NCBI GenBank assembly: GCA_028534125.1
Contig: CM052816.1
Location: 93,684,001-93,748,000, forward strand
DNA from: Lama glama
Lineage: Eukaryota
Length of the DNA: 64,000 nucleotides
Reading direction: 5' to 3'
Shown here in pieces: positions 50,769-63,746 of the stretch. The notes under the pieces are model-generated. The model was not told where the DNA came from, searched no databases, and was given only the letters and a program-made list of their open reading frames with translations. Numbering within the stretch: the first letter of the stretch is position 1; each line of letters starts with the position of its first letter. The position numbers and the translations under genes were made by a program.

Positions 50769-51699
50769 AAATAGAGGTTTTAACTATTATTTAAATAGGT
50801 TAAAGTATCTGAATTCAATAAAGGTACATCATTCATCATGGTCAAGTACATTAAGTATCCAGAAAACACATAGTGATATATATAATGATATTTTTGTGTT
50901 GACTTTATAATTTAGTGCACTAAACACATTGACCTTTTAATGTTGCTGTCCTTACATCAGATGGCTGCCTAAATAAGTCACCATGAATCTTAAACAAATT
51001 AAAAATTTGTTAACATTATTACAGGGAATAATTTTAAAATAATAATGTTAGTATTATACATAATCATATGAAACACTACATATTAAATATTGTTATATTA
51101 TATTATAAGAGTATAGTACAGGATAAGAGTATATTGTTATACTCTTAATAAATAATGTTAAAATCTACATCCCAAAATTGCTTCAGAGCCAGGATTTAAA
51201 TTTCATTCTGCAACATTTGCTGCCATAAATAATTGAACAACTTCTGACCAATGAGAGCAAATAAGAGCTATTAGAATGATTTAATGATCTGATACACAGA
51301 ATAGTTTAAACATAAAGTATTTTCATCTTAAAATTTCCAGATAAACTAGACATATTTTGTTCTATTCAGTTGCTGAGTAGCTGGCATCTGTTTTAATATA
51401 ATTTTGGTTAATTGATAATTCATAGTACTTACAAATGGGAAAAATTTGGAAGTAGGTTTCAGTGTCTTATAAAAAGAGTTCGAGACATGAGCTATAATCT
51501 GTTTACACCATTTTGTATTGTTTTTAGGAATCTTTTTAATTACTTTAGAACGAGCTTTTTACTAATCCAGTATGTATTTGCTTACCAGGTTTTCATTGTT
51601 TTTCCCAGATAAACACATGTATTACTGACTAAAGATTCCATGACTTTTGAAGAAATGCAATTCTATCCTACTTAAAATGATATACATTTTAGTAACATC

Positions 51700-51885
51700 T
51701 ATAATCTATTGGTTGCCTGCTGTGTGTCAGATGCATATCATATAATCACTCTAATCTTAGAAAAAACTTAGCGATATTGCTACTCTTATTTTCAAAATGA
51801 GGAAATTGTATCTCAGAAAGATTAAGTAATTTGATGTGGTCACACAATTAGTAAGAAACATAACCTGGGACTCAGACATCCCTCT
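51700..51885 (-). mobile_element. MIR
   Basis: ttattttcaaaatgaggaaattgtatctcagaaaagattaagtaatttgatgtggtcacacaattagtaag is the MIR core. Confidence 0.8.
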
Positions 51886-52074
51886 TCAATACAGAGCAAT
51901 AATGTACTCAATAATTCCCTCGATAAAGACATGGAAATTTTCCATGAATGTATTTAGTGACTGTTAAAATTTTGTTTCTAAAAGACTATAGGAAAATTCT
52001 ATGTATACTTCAAAAATTAGGTTGTATGTTCCTACACTTTCATTGCAGTACTAACCTAATTGCACGTGATATGT

Positions 52075-52160
52075 AGGCATTCAGCATTTATTCAACAATT
52101 ACAGGTTGTCTTCCAGGCCCAGACATTGTGCTAAGATCTGTACTTATAGAAGCAAACAGA
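52075..52160 (-). mobile_element. L2 3' end fragment
   Basis: catttattcaacaattac...ccagacattgtgctaag. Confidence 0.5.
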
Positions 52161-52339
52161 GAGAGAGAGGATTAGAGGAGCAGTAGGTAGAGAATTCAAG
52201 GTACAGATAGATGTAAAGACAGGGTATGTATCTATCTATATTTGCACACTTGTGTATTTTATTTCTAGATTGCATTCATGAATTTACTCCTCAATCCTGT
52301 TTGGCTTTTCATTATTTGTAAATGGAATGATAGAGTCAT

Positions 52340-53100
52340 TTTTGACTAATTTTTTCCCCTTCCACCTCATAGTCAGCAAAACTTCCTAGCAATAAGATAC
52401 TTTCAAACTTTATTCAGAATTTAGCCCCTTCTAACCACCCAATCATTACTACCCGAGTCAATATAGCCTTCATCCCTCACGGGGCAGGTTGAAGTCACTT
52501 TGTCTTTCTGTTTCAACTCTCCCACCCCCACACCCAGTCCACTGCATCAAGGGCAGCCAGCATAATCCAAAGAGAAGAGACGTAAGGTCTGTCAGCTCAA
52601 AGTCAGTTTTCCAGCTGATTTTACCAAGTAAAATCTCTATTTTTGCAATAGTCCCCGTCTTTCCTCGTTCTACTCTCTCTCCGCCCACCCCTCCCCTTTC
52701 ATTCAGTTCTAACGACTGTAGCCTTTTTATGTCTTTTCTCGACATGCTAAGCAATGCCGTGTCTTCAGGTCATTTGCAACTGCAGGTCCCTTTCCTTGGA
52801 GCACTCTTCTCCAGATGTCCATATCTCATAAATATCTTAATTTTTTTTTCAAATCTTTGCTCAAATATATCTCCCTAATTCAACCAATGCAGCCCAGCAT
52901 ATTTGAATTTGAAGTCACACTGCCCACCTAGAGTCCTTTTTATTGTCCTTTTCTATTTGACCATAGCACTTACTGTCATCTGCATAGCATATATTTCATA
53001 ATTTTGAGTTTGTCCCCTGTCTTTCACTCTAGAATGTAAGTCACAAGAGGGCTGGAGATGTTATTTTGTTTAATTCAACGCAATTGCTACAGTACTTCGA
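52340..53100 (+). mobile_element. L2 3' portion
   Basis: tcaggtcatttgcaactgcaggtccctttccttggagcactcttctccagat...catagcacttact...ctagaatgtaagtcacaagagggc. Confidence 0.75.
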
Positions 53101-54124
53101 AAAATTAACCTTTCTTAGTTTACTCATTAAAAAACTTGACTTATTGATCAAATAAACATATATGGAAAACTATGATTGTAACAATATAGTATATTTCTAT
53201 ATTTATGAATGACTATTCTCAAACTTTTACTTTAAAATTTAAATTTAAAATTTTATTCTAATTTAAATTTTAAATGATTAAAATAAGTATTGAATGTATG
53301 GAAACTGATTTGAAAAGTAAAGTTGCCAATGGGTCTTAAAACACACAAGTTGTTGAAGAATTTTTTCAAATAAAGTGATGCTGAATGAGCTGGAGGAAAG
53401 CGACATTTTAACTCTCTAGTGAAATTTGGACTTACTACAATATTTAGATTCTTTCTCATGTTCGAGTAGTAATTCATTTCTGCAAAGTTTGAACATCTAT
53501 TTATTAAACTATATAAACATACACTTTAATCCAGTTCAGTACTGATCAACATATCTTCCTTTTGAAGTCATCTAAACATTTAAAATCTTTGGATATAGAA
53601 AGCAAATTACACATTTTGGCAGACTTTTTCTATCTAAAATCACTTTCTACATTAGGAGGTTATTGATTAAGTCATTCTATCTTCATGACTTGTTTACATT
53701 TATCTTACTTTTAAGCATAAAGTAACATTTTGTGAACAATGCTAATGAATGAAGCCTTTGCATCCGTATACTACTTGTCAGGGGGAAATGAATGTGTATC
53801 GCAAGGATGTCTGCAGTAATAAATGCCTCTTATTTATAAATTACACTGTCTCAAAAAATGTTCAACAGTCTTCCAGAATTGCATGTCACAGTGGCCAACC
53901 TTTTAATTATCAAGGCTCATTTTTGCAAGATGTTAATGCAGAGAAAATACTTGCATCTGTCTGACTTGGCAGCAGCTGACAGCTGATGAGCCTGCTTCTA
54001 CTGCAAGGTGGTTACTATCTTTGTAAGACCACAGTGTGACACAAGCCCATTCACATATACCAGTTAGTACTAAAGTAGTCTGTAGATGACAGGCAGAGGA
54101 AAGCAGCGCTTCTGAAGTCAGGTG

Positions 54125-54128
<4 letters not shown>

Positions 54129-54175
<47 letters not shown>

Positions 54176-54228
54176 TATATATATATACACGCACACACAT
54201 ATACACACACACACACACATATACATAT
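54129..54228. repeat. Compound (AT)18/(AC)n microsatellite
   Basis: Direct reading. Confidence 0.95.
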
Positions 54229-54639
54229 AAAGAGGGAATATTAAGGTTATAGTCAATTATTTGTAATTGAACATCTCAGATATAAAGACTACAATGCACA
54301 TTATGCATATTATACTTGTGCATTTTCAAACATTGCAAAATCTCAGATAAGGTGATATAAATGAAGAACAGTGTCCAGATTTAATTTGTATATAAAATAA
54401 GCCTCCTTTCATAGGTCAAATCCACTCCAATAATAAACATGATCCACCAATAAGACTGTGAAGTTTGCAAATCTTCAAAAATAAAATTTTGAAAATATAA
54501 TTCATTTTTGATTGGATATTAAGTGCTCTGTAAGTATATGGCACCACTTGGATTATTTCTTAAGTGACATTGTTAGAATAATATGTACTGAATAAAAGAC
54601 ATTTGAGAAGACCAATTTGGGATTATGTTAAAACAAAGC

Positions 54640-54746
54640 AAATAAAATTGATTACACAAACATGACTATACCTGACACTAATGGAAACATAAAAATGGTT
54701 AAGACGGTAAATTTTATGTTATCTTTTTTTTAATCATAATTAAAAA
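54640..54746 (+). mobile_element. L1MB-like 3' end
   Basis: aaaatggttaagacggtaaattttatgttat...cataattaaaaa. Confidence 0.7.
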
Positions 54747-54789
54747 CTTTGCAAAAAAAGAAAAAAGAGAGAGAGAGAGAAAGAAGAGG

Positions 54790-55053
54790 AAAGACACAGA
54801 TTTATGATTAGGAGGAAGCAACGTGAACACAGAGGTGGAGTTTAGGGTCATGGGCGCAGAAAAGCCAAGGAAAGTGTGGAGCCACCAAGAGTTGGAAGGG
54901 AAGGGTCCTCCCCAGAATCTTCAGCAGAAGTATGGCCCTGATGACACCTTGAGTTTGGATTTCTGGCCTCTAGAACTGTGAGAGAGTAAATTTCTGTAGT
55001 TAATGCTACTGAGCATGTAACGATTTGTTGTGGTGGCCAGAGGAAAAAACACA
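54790..55053 (+). mobile_element. MaLR LTR 3' half (MLT1C-like)
   Basis: tggccctgatgacaccttgagtttggatttctggcctctagaactgtgagagagtaaatttctgt. Confidence 0.85.
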
Positions 55054-55057
55054 CTTT

Positions 55058-55330
55058 TCAAAACCAACTCCGCCTGGATTAAACACGGAAAGGTAGAATG
55101 AGAAAGACACAGGACAGCTCACAGAATAACGAGGATGGCTGGAGAACCCTTTTGGAAAACAAGCGTGTTTCAGGAAGCTGGTAAGCCAGGTCCACAGACC
55201 TAATCACTCCACAGGAAGCATCCAGAGAGTGGGTCATCCAGCCGGCATCACACAGCGGGCAGACTTGGACCCTGGACACAGCCCCTGGTACAGCGCCAAC
55301 GTCAGCCCTCAGAAAAGGTCACAGCAGCTG
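55058..55330 (-). mobile_element. Old ERVL/MaLR LTR remnant
   Basis: aaaccaactccgcctggattaaac...agctcacagaat...ggctggagaacc. Confidence 0.45.
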
Positions 55331-57572
55331 CTGCCCTTCTGGTCCAAACACACAAGGAAGGGAATTCTTCAAAAGTAGTGACAAATTAATGAAAAATGAA
55401 GTCTCTGCTTATAACCAGAATATTGAGTCTTTTACAAAATGAAAAAAATTAATTCAGCTTTTTTACATTATGATAAATCTTCACAATGATAAATATACCT
55501 AGGTAATAATTCATTACTATTGAGTCTCTAGGAGAGTATTAATCCAGTAATTATTGTAAATGATGGCAGTTTTGTACCCTTCTTAGACCCCAAACTGAGA
55601 CTAGTCCAATTTGAAATGTGCAAATCTAGTTAAAACTGCTTTCTGTATTGTCAAACATCATCATTTAGTAGAAAAAGTAAAAAAGAAATTAAAAATAATA
55701 CACTATGCTAAATTTGTTTATGTTGAAATCTGTAGAGATGACTGAGAGACCGAGTGATTTGAATCATATTTCAAATTACATTACCTTCCTATTAATTGTC
55801 ATTTAAGCTTGTATTAGCATTGTTGCAGGGAAAGAAAAGGCTAGGAAGGCAAGACATGATTAAGACTGGATATTTTTCAACATGTCAAAAGCATATTAAG
55901 AGGGTTCCCAATCACTAAGGAAATATCAGACTTTCTGTATCACGATTTACAAAAGCATAATTAATGAAACCATGACAAGGAAGTAGAGATAGTAAAGCGA
56001 CATTGTTCAAATGAATTGATGCCATATTAGCCACCAAACTACCTGCATCAGTGTCACCACTACTATGTGTTTAATTATAGACACATTATAGAATCTTATT
56101 GTGTTTCTGTAGGAAAAGGGGGAAGTATTATTGCTTATTTCCAAATATGCTTATAAGAATCATATAATATTCATACATCCTTCCTTCTCATCATCTTTCA
56201 CTCTTTCATTAAGCATTACATCACTATAACTGTCATGTATATGTATCTATATGTGAATAATCATAAATAATCCCTCCAAGCTGATGGGGACAGCCAGGTA
56301 AACAAATGTTTGCAATGCAATAGAGGAGTGTTAAATTAGGGCAATCTTAGATGATTTAAGAAGCCAAGAGACACATGGATCTGCAGCACAAACAATCCAA
56401 ATTCAAAATCTCTCTCCCTGCACAATGTGGCCAAATGGATTTCACACTCCTTACAGTTTTATTAATAAAATTAATCAAGTCTTTCTCATGGAAAAAATAT
56501 AATGGATCTCTATGGTGAAACGAGTTTCCTTAATGACTTATTTTATTATTACATCCTCCCCACTTTGAAATATTAGCAACAGTAAGACAGTATCTCTCTG
56601 TACATTTTTACTTTAAGTCCATTGTGATTAAAACCTAAACCTATTGTCAATTACATGTGTGGCAGCCTCGTGAGAGAAAGACCAAAATTTGAGGGGAGCA
56701 AACTGTGTCTGCCTTTTGAGGTGACTGATCCACTAGCAACCACTACCTCCTCTTGGGACTGTAAAACCTTTCCTTTTCAAAAACAAAGAAATGAATCAAA
56801 ATAGGACATTAATTAAATAAATATTGAAGACACATTTTAAAATAGGCCAACAATTCATTTCCTACCCTGTTTCTTAGTTAAAACTTTAGCCATATAATTT
56901 AATTTTTTAATTAGTTGTTAGGCAATACATCCAAATAACAACATTAAATATGCAAATTAAACCATCAAATCAACTTCTTTCTACAGCAAATTTCTAGGAA
57001 AAAGTGTAGTTAATAATAATTACCAAAATAGTTCCATTCTGATATTCCACCCTTCTAACTTTTGTCTTCCAATGTTTTCAATATCAACCACAAATTTTTA
57101 TTCATATAATTTAGATGGAGTCATAAATTTTTTACCAGCTAAGCCTTGAAATTCTCTGGTTGGCAACTGTATATTCCTTTTAGCATTTGCAAAGCTAAGT
57201 GCCATGTGTCCTCTTTTTAAGAAACACAGTGTTCGTTAGAATGACTACTGGAAGATCAGACCCAAATCAACAGTTTTTTTTTTTTTTTAAAAACCCAACA
57301 AATCATCGATCTCTGAAGTATTTTGAATCAAAATTATGTTTCTAGAACCAGGACAGAGTTCAGTCCAAATATCTATTTCTGGAAATTGTCAAGTGCATTA
57401 GAACAACTTATTTATATTTAGAGGAAGGTGGGCAACCAGAAGAAAAACAGGGGAAAAGAAAAAAACCCTGCTTGATTTCCACTTCAGTAGTATGCAAGTC
57501 AAAAATCCAGATACCTGAAATGTAAATGAAGCTGGGAAGAGTCTCCCACTGCATGAGTATCTCTCTTTCCAG

Positions 57573-57608
57573 GGGTATTGAAGACATGCCTGTGCTCGGA
57601 TGACTTAG
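57573..57608 (+). other. Candidate 36-nt exon (unverified)
   Basis: tatctctctttccag|GGGTATTG...GACTTAG|gtgagt. Confidence 0.25.
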
Positions 57609-58014
57609 GTGAGTGATAAGTGTGCAGCATCCGGGCCTTGCTTAAGTCTTTTTGTTTCCCTTCAGTGAATATCTGATTAAATATCCCAATTTCCATTAGT
57701 AGCTTGATATCTGAGCTTGTCTTTTCAGAGCTAAATTGAGTGCAAGTTGATTGAGTGACGTATCTTCCACTTGCTTTTATGAAGTGTGCCACACATTTCC
57801 AAGTAACATGTAATTCCTTAAATTTTTCACTGTTCTAATATCCTATCCGAAGGTATATCAAACTATATGCCTCTGCACGTGCCAGAGTGAGATGTGGTAG
57901 GGCCACAGAGTCGGAGTACATTAAAAATCTTCTATTTACTAGTGCAATTACCAACTTCTTTCTAAATTGGACAGTTCTACCCAGGATACACATTCCTATA
58001 ATTTCAAAACTTAG

Positions 58015-58457
58015 CTCTTGGTAATTTGATAGGGATCGCATTAAATCTGTAGACTGCTTTGGGTAGTATGTCCTTCTTAACAATATTTATTCTTCCAATC
58101 CAAGAACATGGGATATCTTTCCATTTCTTTAAGTCATCTTTAATTTCCTTAATGAATGTTTTGTAGTTTTCCATATTTAAGTCTTTCACTTCCTTGGTCA
58201 GAGTTATTCCTGAGTATTTTATTTTTTGGATGCAATTTTAAAAAGAATTGTTTCTTTCCTTTCCTTTTTTTTTTTAATTTTATTTATTTGTTTTGGGGGG
58301 TAGGTAACTAGGTTTATTTATTTATTTATTTGATGGAAGTACTGGGGATTGAACCCACGAGCTAGTGTACGCTAAGCATGCTCTCTACCACTCGAGCTAT
58401 ACCCTCCACACTTTACTTTCCTTTTCTGATGTTTCATTGTTAGTGTAAAGAAATGTT
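58015..58457 (-). mobile_element. Relatively young L1 ORF2 fragment, interrupted by a SINE
   Basis: ORF 58004-58189 [37 protein letters not shown]...[16 protein letters not shown] is L1 ORF2. Confidence 0.95.
58269..58410 (-). mobile_element. tRNA-derived camelid-type SINE
   Basis: gtactggggattgaaccc...ctctaccactcgagctataccc; TSD ctttcctttcctttt (58254-58268) / ctttactttcctttt (58411-58425). Confidence 0.92.
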
Positions 58458-58509
58458 CATACACTACACACACACACACACACACGCATATACATATATA
58501 CACAAATAT

Positions 58510-59330
58510 ATAATGGGCAAAATATTGAAACATATTTTATAAAAGAAAATATGAATGACCAATATGGGCATGCAATATGCTTAATATGCTCAATATTTTT
58601 AGTCAAGTTCAAATTAAAATCATGCAGACATACCATTTCACATCCACTAGGTAGTTAAAATTATAGTCTAGCCATGTTGATGAGGAATTCTTGCAACTAA
58701 AATTCACACATTCCTGGTGAAAGTGCACATTACAACCATTTCATAAAAGAGTTCATCAGTTTCTTAGACACATACATAAGCATACACTTACGAAGAGACT
58801 CAGATTAATTCTACTCCTACCTTTATTCAAGAAAACCTAAACCATATCTGCACAAAGCACATACACAACTGTTTATAGAAGTTTCTTTTTTTCATAATAA
58901 CTTTGAACTGGAAACAGCTCAAATTTCTATTTGCAGATAAATAGATAAACTAAATTATGGTATATCCATACAATGAGATCTTACTCACAAGTAGAAATGA
59001 ATGAATTGCATAAACATAACAGCACATATTAATCTTAAAAACACTTTGCTGAGGAAAGTAAGGCAGTCACAAAAGAGCATATACAGTATAATTCCATTCC
59101 TATGAAGTTTGATAACAGGCAAAAGTAATAAATTATCATAAAAATCAAACACTGGTTACTTGGGGTTGGCGGTGGGAAAGCCCATGAAGAAACTTGTTGG
59201 GCAACAGAAACGTTCTCCATACTGATTGAGATGGTGATTACATAGGTGTGTATGTTTGTCAAAAATCTGAATTGTACACTTAAAATGTGAACATTTTATT
59301 TTAGATAAATTATACTTTAATTAGTTGATT
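58510..59330 (+). mobile_element. L1ME-like 3' end
   Basis: ORF2 C-terminus (ataccatttcacatccactagg, tatggtatatccatacaatg) and 3' UTR (atacagtataattccatt, gtacacttaaaatgtg). Confidence 0.85.
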
Positions 59331-59334
59331 TGGA

Positions 59335-59973
59335 GAAACACTGACAGATTCAAGCATTGGTGAGGATGTGAAGCAACTGGACATCTCATACACTGCTGTT
59401 TGGAGCAAACGCTGGTACAGACATTCTGGAGAATGTTTTGGCATATGCACTGAAGTTACGTATATTCACACTCTAAGATGTAGAAATTCTAATCCTTGGC
59501 ATATATAGAAAAGAAATGAGTACACATTTGTACAAAAGACAATTTTTATGGTATCCTCATAAATTAAAATCACTGACTAAAACAATCATTAAAATTGGTA
59601 AATAATTTAAGGTAAATTATTACTATGGAGTAATACACAAAATTAAAATGAGCAATTATTGCTGCACAAAATGGCTGTAAGTTTAAGTGTAAGACTCAAA
59701 CATATACTGAGAGTGAAAAATAAAAGCTAGACAAAAGTGTATTATAAAATAAAAATTAAATAAAACTAATTAGGCCATGAGAAAGCAGGACTGTTGTCAT
59801 CTTTGGGGAAGTTTGAGGTTATTTACTACAATGTCTTCAGGTACTGAAGATGTCTATCTTTTGATCTGTTAAAAGATGAGTTTATTTTGAGAAAATGTAT
59901 CAAGTTGCTTACCTATGATTTCTGTATTTTCCAGCATGAATGCTATGTTTGATTAAGACTTATTTTAGAAAAA
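59335..59973 (+). mobile_element. Second, older L1ME-like 3' end
   Basis: caagcattggtgaggatgtgaagcaactggacatctcatacactgctg...tttgagaaaatgtatcaagttg. Confidence 0.75.
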
Positions 59974-60554
59974 GTCACTGAAATGCATTTCTAATTTGTC
60001 ACTGTTTTCTATTTCAAGCTCAAACTTTTTAAAACTGATTTACATTGGTTGAACAAGACAGTAAAATTATTTCATTTTATTATCTTATAGATCTGTTAGT
60101 ACACATTTAATGTATGTTTTTCTCAACAAAAAATCTAATCAAGTAAAAGACTACAACCAAATATAGCCCCTCAGATAATAGACTCCTTTGGATTTAAATA
60201 CAGAAGTGAATTTGATTGAATCATAATAAATCGGATCATTGAATCCATTCTTGATAAATATTGTTATATAAAATTTAGCTGCATTTCTCTAAAAGAGTTG
60301 CTCCTGTAGGGATAATAAACTTTGCAAGCCTTATGATTAGTTTAAAGTTTTATTTTGAAATGGAAGAACTGGATCATTTGCTTTATGTATTATACCTATG
60401 TGAATTCTGACCAATCAGGATCTTAAGTATACAACTGCAAGCAGGCAAAGGCAAGAAAAAAGGATGCAGAAATGGTTTTAAAGGTCATATATTTGTATGT
60501 AAGGTTGTATTTAATTAGTGTACTTTGTTTGCTATGAATGAGACAGTCTATATG

Positions 60555-60985
60555 GTTCTCAATGAAACATAATGTTGAATGGCTTAACCTAAGATAAATT
60601 AATTATTTCTTATATTATTTTTTAAGTTGATTCTTCTGCTGGACTCATTTGGTGCCTTTTGTGCAGCTGCAATTAAGTAACGGCTCATGCGGGAACATGA
60701 AACAGCCTCTCTGTACCTTAGTGGGGACAGCTGCAAGTCTGGGGTGACTGTCTCTCTTGGTTCCTTCCTGTGGTACAGTTGGCTTCTTTTTAAATTAATT
60801 AGATCCCAAGAACATTCCAAAGAAAAGCAAGCTCCAAGTACACATGCCGAAATGCTTACCGACCTTCCATTTCTGTCGTGTTTGCTTAGTTTCCATTGCC
60901 CAAGGCCAGTCACGAGACCAAGGTCAGCGTCCATGTGGAAGGAAGACATTTGAGGCTTTGAACTTCAGTGTTACAGTTTCTGAAG
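60555..60985 (-). mobile_element. MaLR LTR (MLT1G/H-like)
   Basis: ttcttctgctgg...gcagctgca...gtttgcttagtttccattgcccaaggccagtcac. Confidence 0.6.
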
Positions 60986-61540
60986 AACCACTAAATTATG
61001 GTCCACCCCAGTGCTCTCAAGAATCTCAATTCACTAGTCCCCATGCTTGTTTGTGATGTCAGCTAAAGGAGGATGCCATAAGCCCATCACAGACACTCCG
61101 TGTAGTCAAGTCTGGAATACTCAGTGGATGAAATGTCTGTGCTGACCAAAGCCTGACTGACAGAGCGGGATTTTTGAGGGCTGTCCCTCCCCTCCTGTGC
61201 AACCTGGGAAACTAACTCCAAATAAACACATAAGCAAACAAACACAACAATAAAAATAAATGGAGTCACTGGGGCCAGTGAACATCAAATTGTTTGTCAT
61301 TACTTCATCAAACTAGTGAGTTAACTTTCTTGACATCACAATGCTGATCACTGCTAGACCACAGACAGCTAGGGAGCTGTACCTGGAAGAGGAAAGGTAT
61401 TGGCTAAGACACTAACTTTCAATTAATATGTGCTATTCTTTACAAAATTGGTATTCTTAGAGTTAAAATGCACACACATCAATTATCTAAATGGTAGATT
61501 GTTGATCATTTTGCCATTGGCAATCAAAATAATGGGGACA

Positions 61541-61582
61541 TGCAAACATCCATTTTCTCAGTGCAAACATCCATTTTCTCAA
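61541..61582 (+). repeat. 21-bp tandem duplication
   Basis: tgcaaacatccattttctcag tgcaaacatccattttctcaa. Confidence 0.95.
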
Positions 61583-62769
61583 GGCAATCGAGAAATCATT
61601 GAGACTTATGGAGGGCCATGTATAAACACATTCAAGAAATTTTAAAGTTTCTTTTTTGTCCTTTTAACAAGTAAATAAATCTGAGTTTGACTGGAAGAAC
61701 TAAGCTGGCCCAGAACAAACACAGCTAGTTGCTGTGAAAATTAATTTTGCATTCAGAATACTCATTTGGTCTGCATATGTAAAGTAGTTGAGATAAACAT
61801 AGCTCTCCACAATTATTGATCGCAATGTCTAATAAGAAAAGGGGAATATGACATTTTTAACAGAATTTGATTTTCCCATAAGGAAGTCATTAAATTGAGT
61901 TGCCTTGAAGTCCAAGGAGTGAGAACATGAAATCACTGGATGGCCACCACACTTAAAATCAGCAATAATTTACATTAATATCTACAAGTAATTTAGCAAG
62001 TCTGTCTGAGCACCAGTGTCAGCTAATAGAAAGTCACAGCTATAACATACTTTGGAAAGTTTTATATTTTGTAATCAGAGTTGAGGGCACTAATGGGTCA
62101 GTGGTGAGAATCCTCAGCTGCTGGCATATTCATTGTTCCATGACCAGAGATAACATTAAAATTTATATGCATGGAATAAGAACAGATTCATTCATCTTTG
62201 TAGTCATAAAGTATAGTTACCAAGCAACACTCCTCCACAGAAATCCCTCGGTGAGACTGGCCTGTCTTGCATTCTTCTGAAGACTTGAATATCTGGCTGT
62301 GCCCCCTAGAGTTGCATTACTAAAATAAGAAAACACATTTTCTAAACATTTGAATTTCTCAAACAATGGCTCTTTTAGTTCTCTCAGAAGCTGAAATGCA
62401 ATGCATGGTATTCAGTGATATAAGCCAAGAATGGAATCTATAAAGATGCAAATGTCATGTAGAAAATTGGGAGCAAATACTCAGACTTCGAGATAAAGGG
62501 AGATAGAGCTTTAGCTCTGTGAAAACAAGGACAGTCCTTCAATGTGAAAAACATTGGGTTTTGCTATTTTGCAACTAGTCTATCTGAGGAGCTGGTGTGA
62601 CTTTAATAAAGCTTTAAGAGCTCTGGGGAAGAGGGACATTGAAATTGATGTACTATATATTTCTGCAGGGTTGTCCTGAAAACTTAAGACATTTGTTTGA
62701 CTGCTGTAATTGACCTCTGTGAAAGTTACTAAAGAAAAACTAGAACATAATATATGACGGATAAAGGGA

Positions 62770-63746
62770 AAAATTTTTTAAATCCCACAAGGAAATTCCC
62801 AGTCAGGTAACTTCACTTGTGAATTATGCCAAGTGTTTAAAGAGGACTTAACGTCAGTGTTTTAAAAACTCTCCTGAAAAATCAAAGTGTATAGAATATT
62901 TTTAAACTAATTCAATGAGGCCAGTATCACCTGGATTTACAAAAACCAGACGAACACGTCACAAGGAAAGAAAACTAAGACCTCATCAAAGTCCTCAACA
63001 AAATTCTAGCAACCCCTATGCAGTTACATGTAAAAGGAGTTATGCATCTGATGCCAAGACCACTCAAAGTGATTTACAGATTCAACAAGATCCCCATGAA
63101 AATGCCAGCTGCCCTTTTTGGATAAATTGACAAACTGATTCTAAAATTCATATAAATTTAAATGGATCAGAAGGCAAAACAATATTGATGAATAAGTATA
63201 AAAAAATAAAAGTAAAGAGGAAAAAATTGGTGTACTCACATTTTCCAATATCAAAATTCACCTAAAACCACAGGAATGAATACATTGTGATAAGAATAGA
63301 TGCAGAGATGAATGGCTTAGAACTGGAGGGGAGGGGGTCCAGAAATAAACCCTTAATGTATGGTCAATTGATTTTTGGTAAGTGTTGCAATATTTAAGTG
63401 AGGAAAGATCTGACTACTAAATGAGTGATGCTGGGACAACCAGATACCCATTTAAAAAAAAAAAGAACCTTCACTAGCCCTCATATCTTGTAGAAAAATT
63501 AACTCAAAATGAATCATAATGAACAGCAAGTTTATACTGTATAGCATAGGGAACTATATTCAGTATCTTGTAGTAGCTTATGGCTAAAAAGAATGTGAAA
63601 ACGAATATATGTATGTTCCTGTATGACTGAAGTGTTGTGCTGTACACCAGAAACTGACACAACAGTGTAAACTGACTATACTTCAAACAAAATGGATCGT
63701 AATGTAAGAGCTAAATTAAACAACTCTTAGGAGAAATAATAGGAGT
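62770..63746 (+). mobile_element. Old L1 ORF2 fragment with internal deletion near 63050, interrupted by a younger L1 3' end
   Basis: aatgaggccagtatcacc, aacaaaattctagcaa, then a jump to atttacagattcaac and tatggtcaattgattttt. Confidence 0.85.
63522..63687 (+). mobile_element. Camelid-type L1 3' terminal fragment with TSD
   Basis: ctgtatagcatagggaactatattcagtatcttg...gtgctgtacaccagaaactgacacaac; TSD caaaatgaatcataatg / caaaatggatcgtaatg. Confidence 0.9.

Noticed and set aside
52489..52878. Longest gap-free ORF (129 aa)
   Set aside because: Lies within a decayed L2 and has Ser/Pro/Leu-biased composition.
53231..53274. 15-bp inverted repeat tttaaaatttaaatt
   Set aside because: Pure A/T low complexity, expected by chance.
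57499..57792. 97-aa minus ORF in unique DNA
   Set aside because: Non-ATG start, no recognisable domain, and no matching splice boundaries.
58004..58189. ORF with clear protein homology
   Set aside because: It is an L1 ORF2 fragment, not a host gene.
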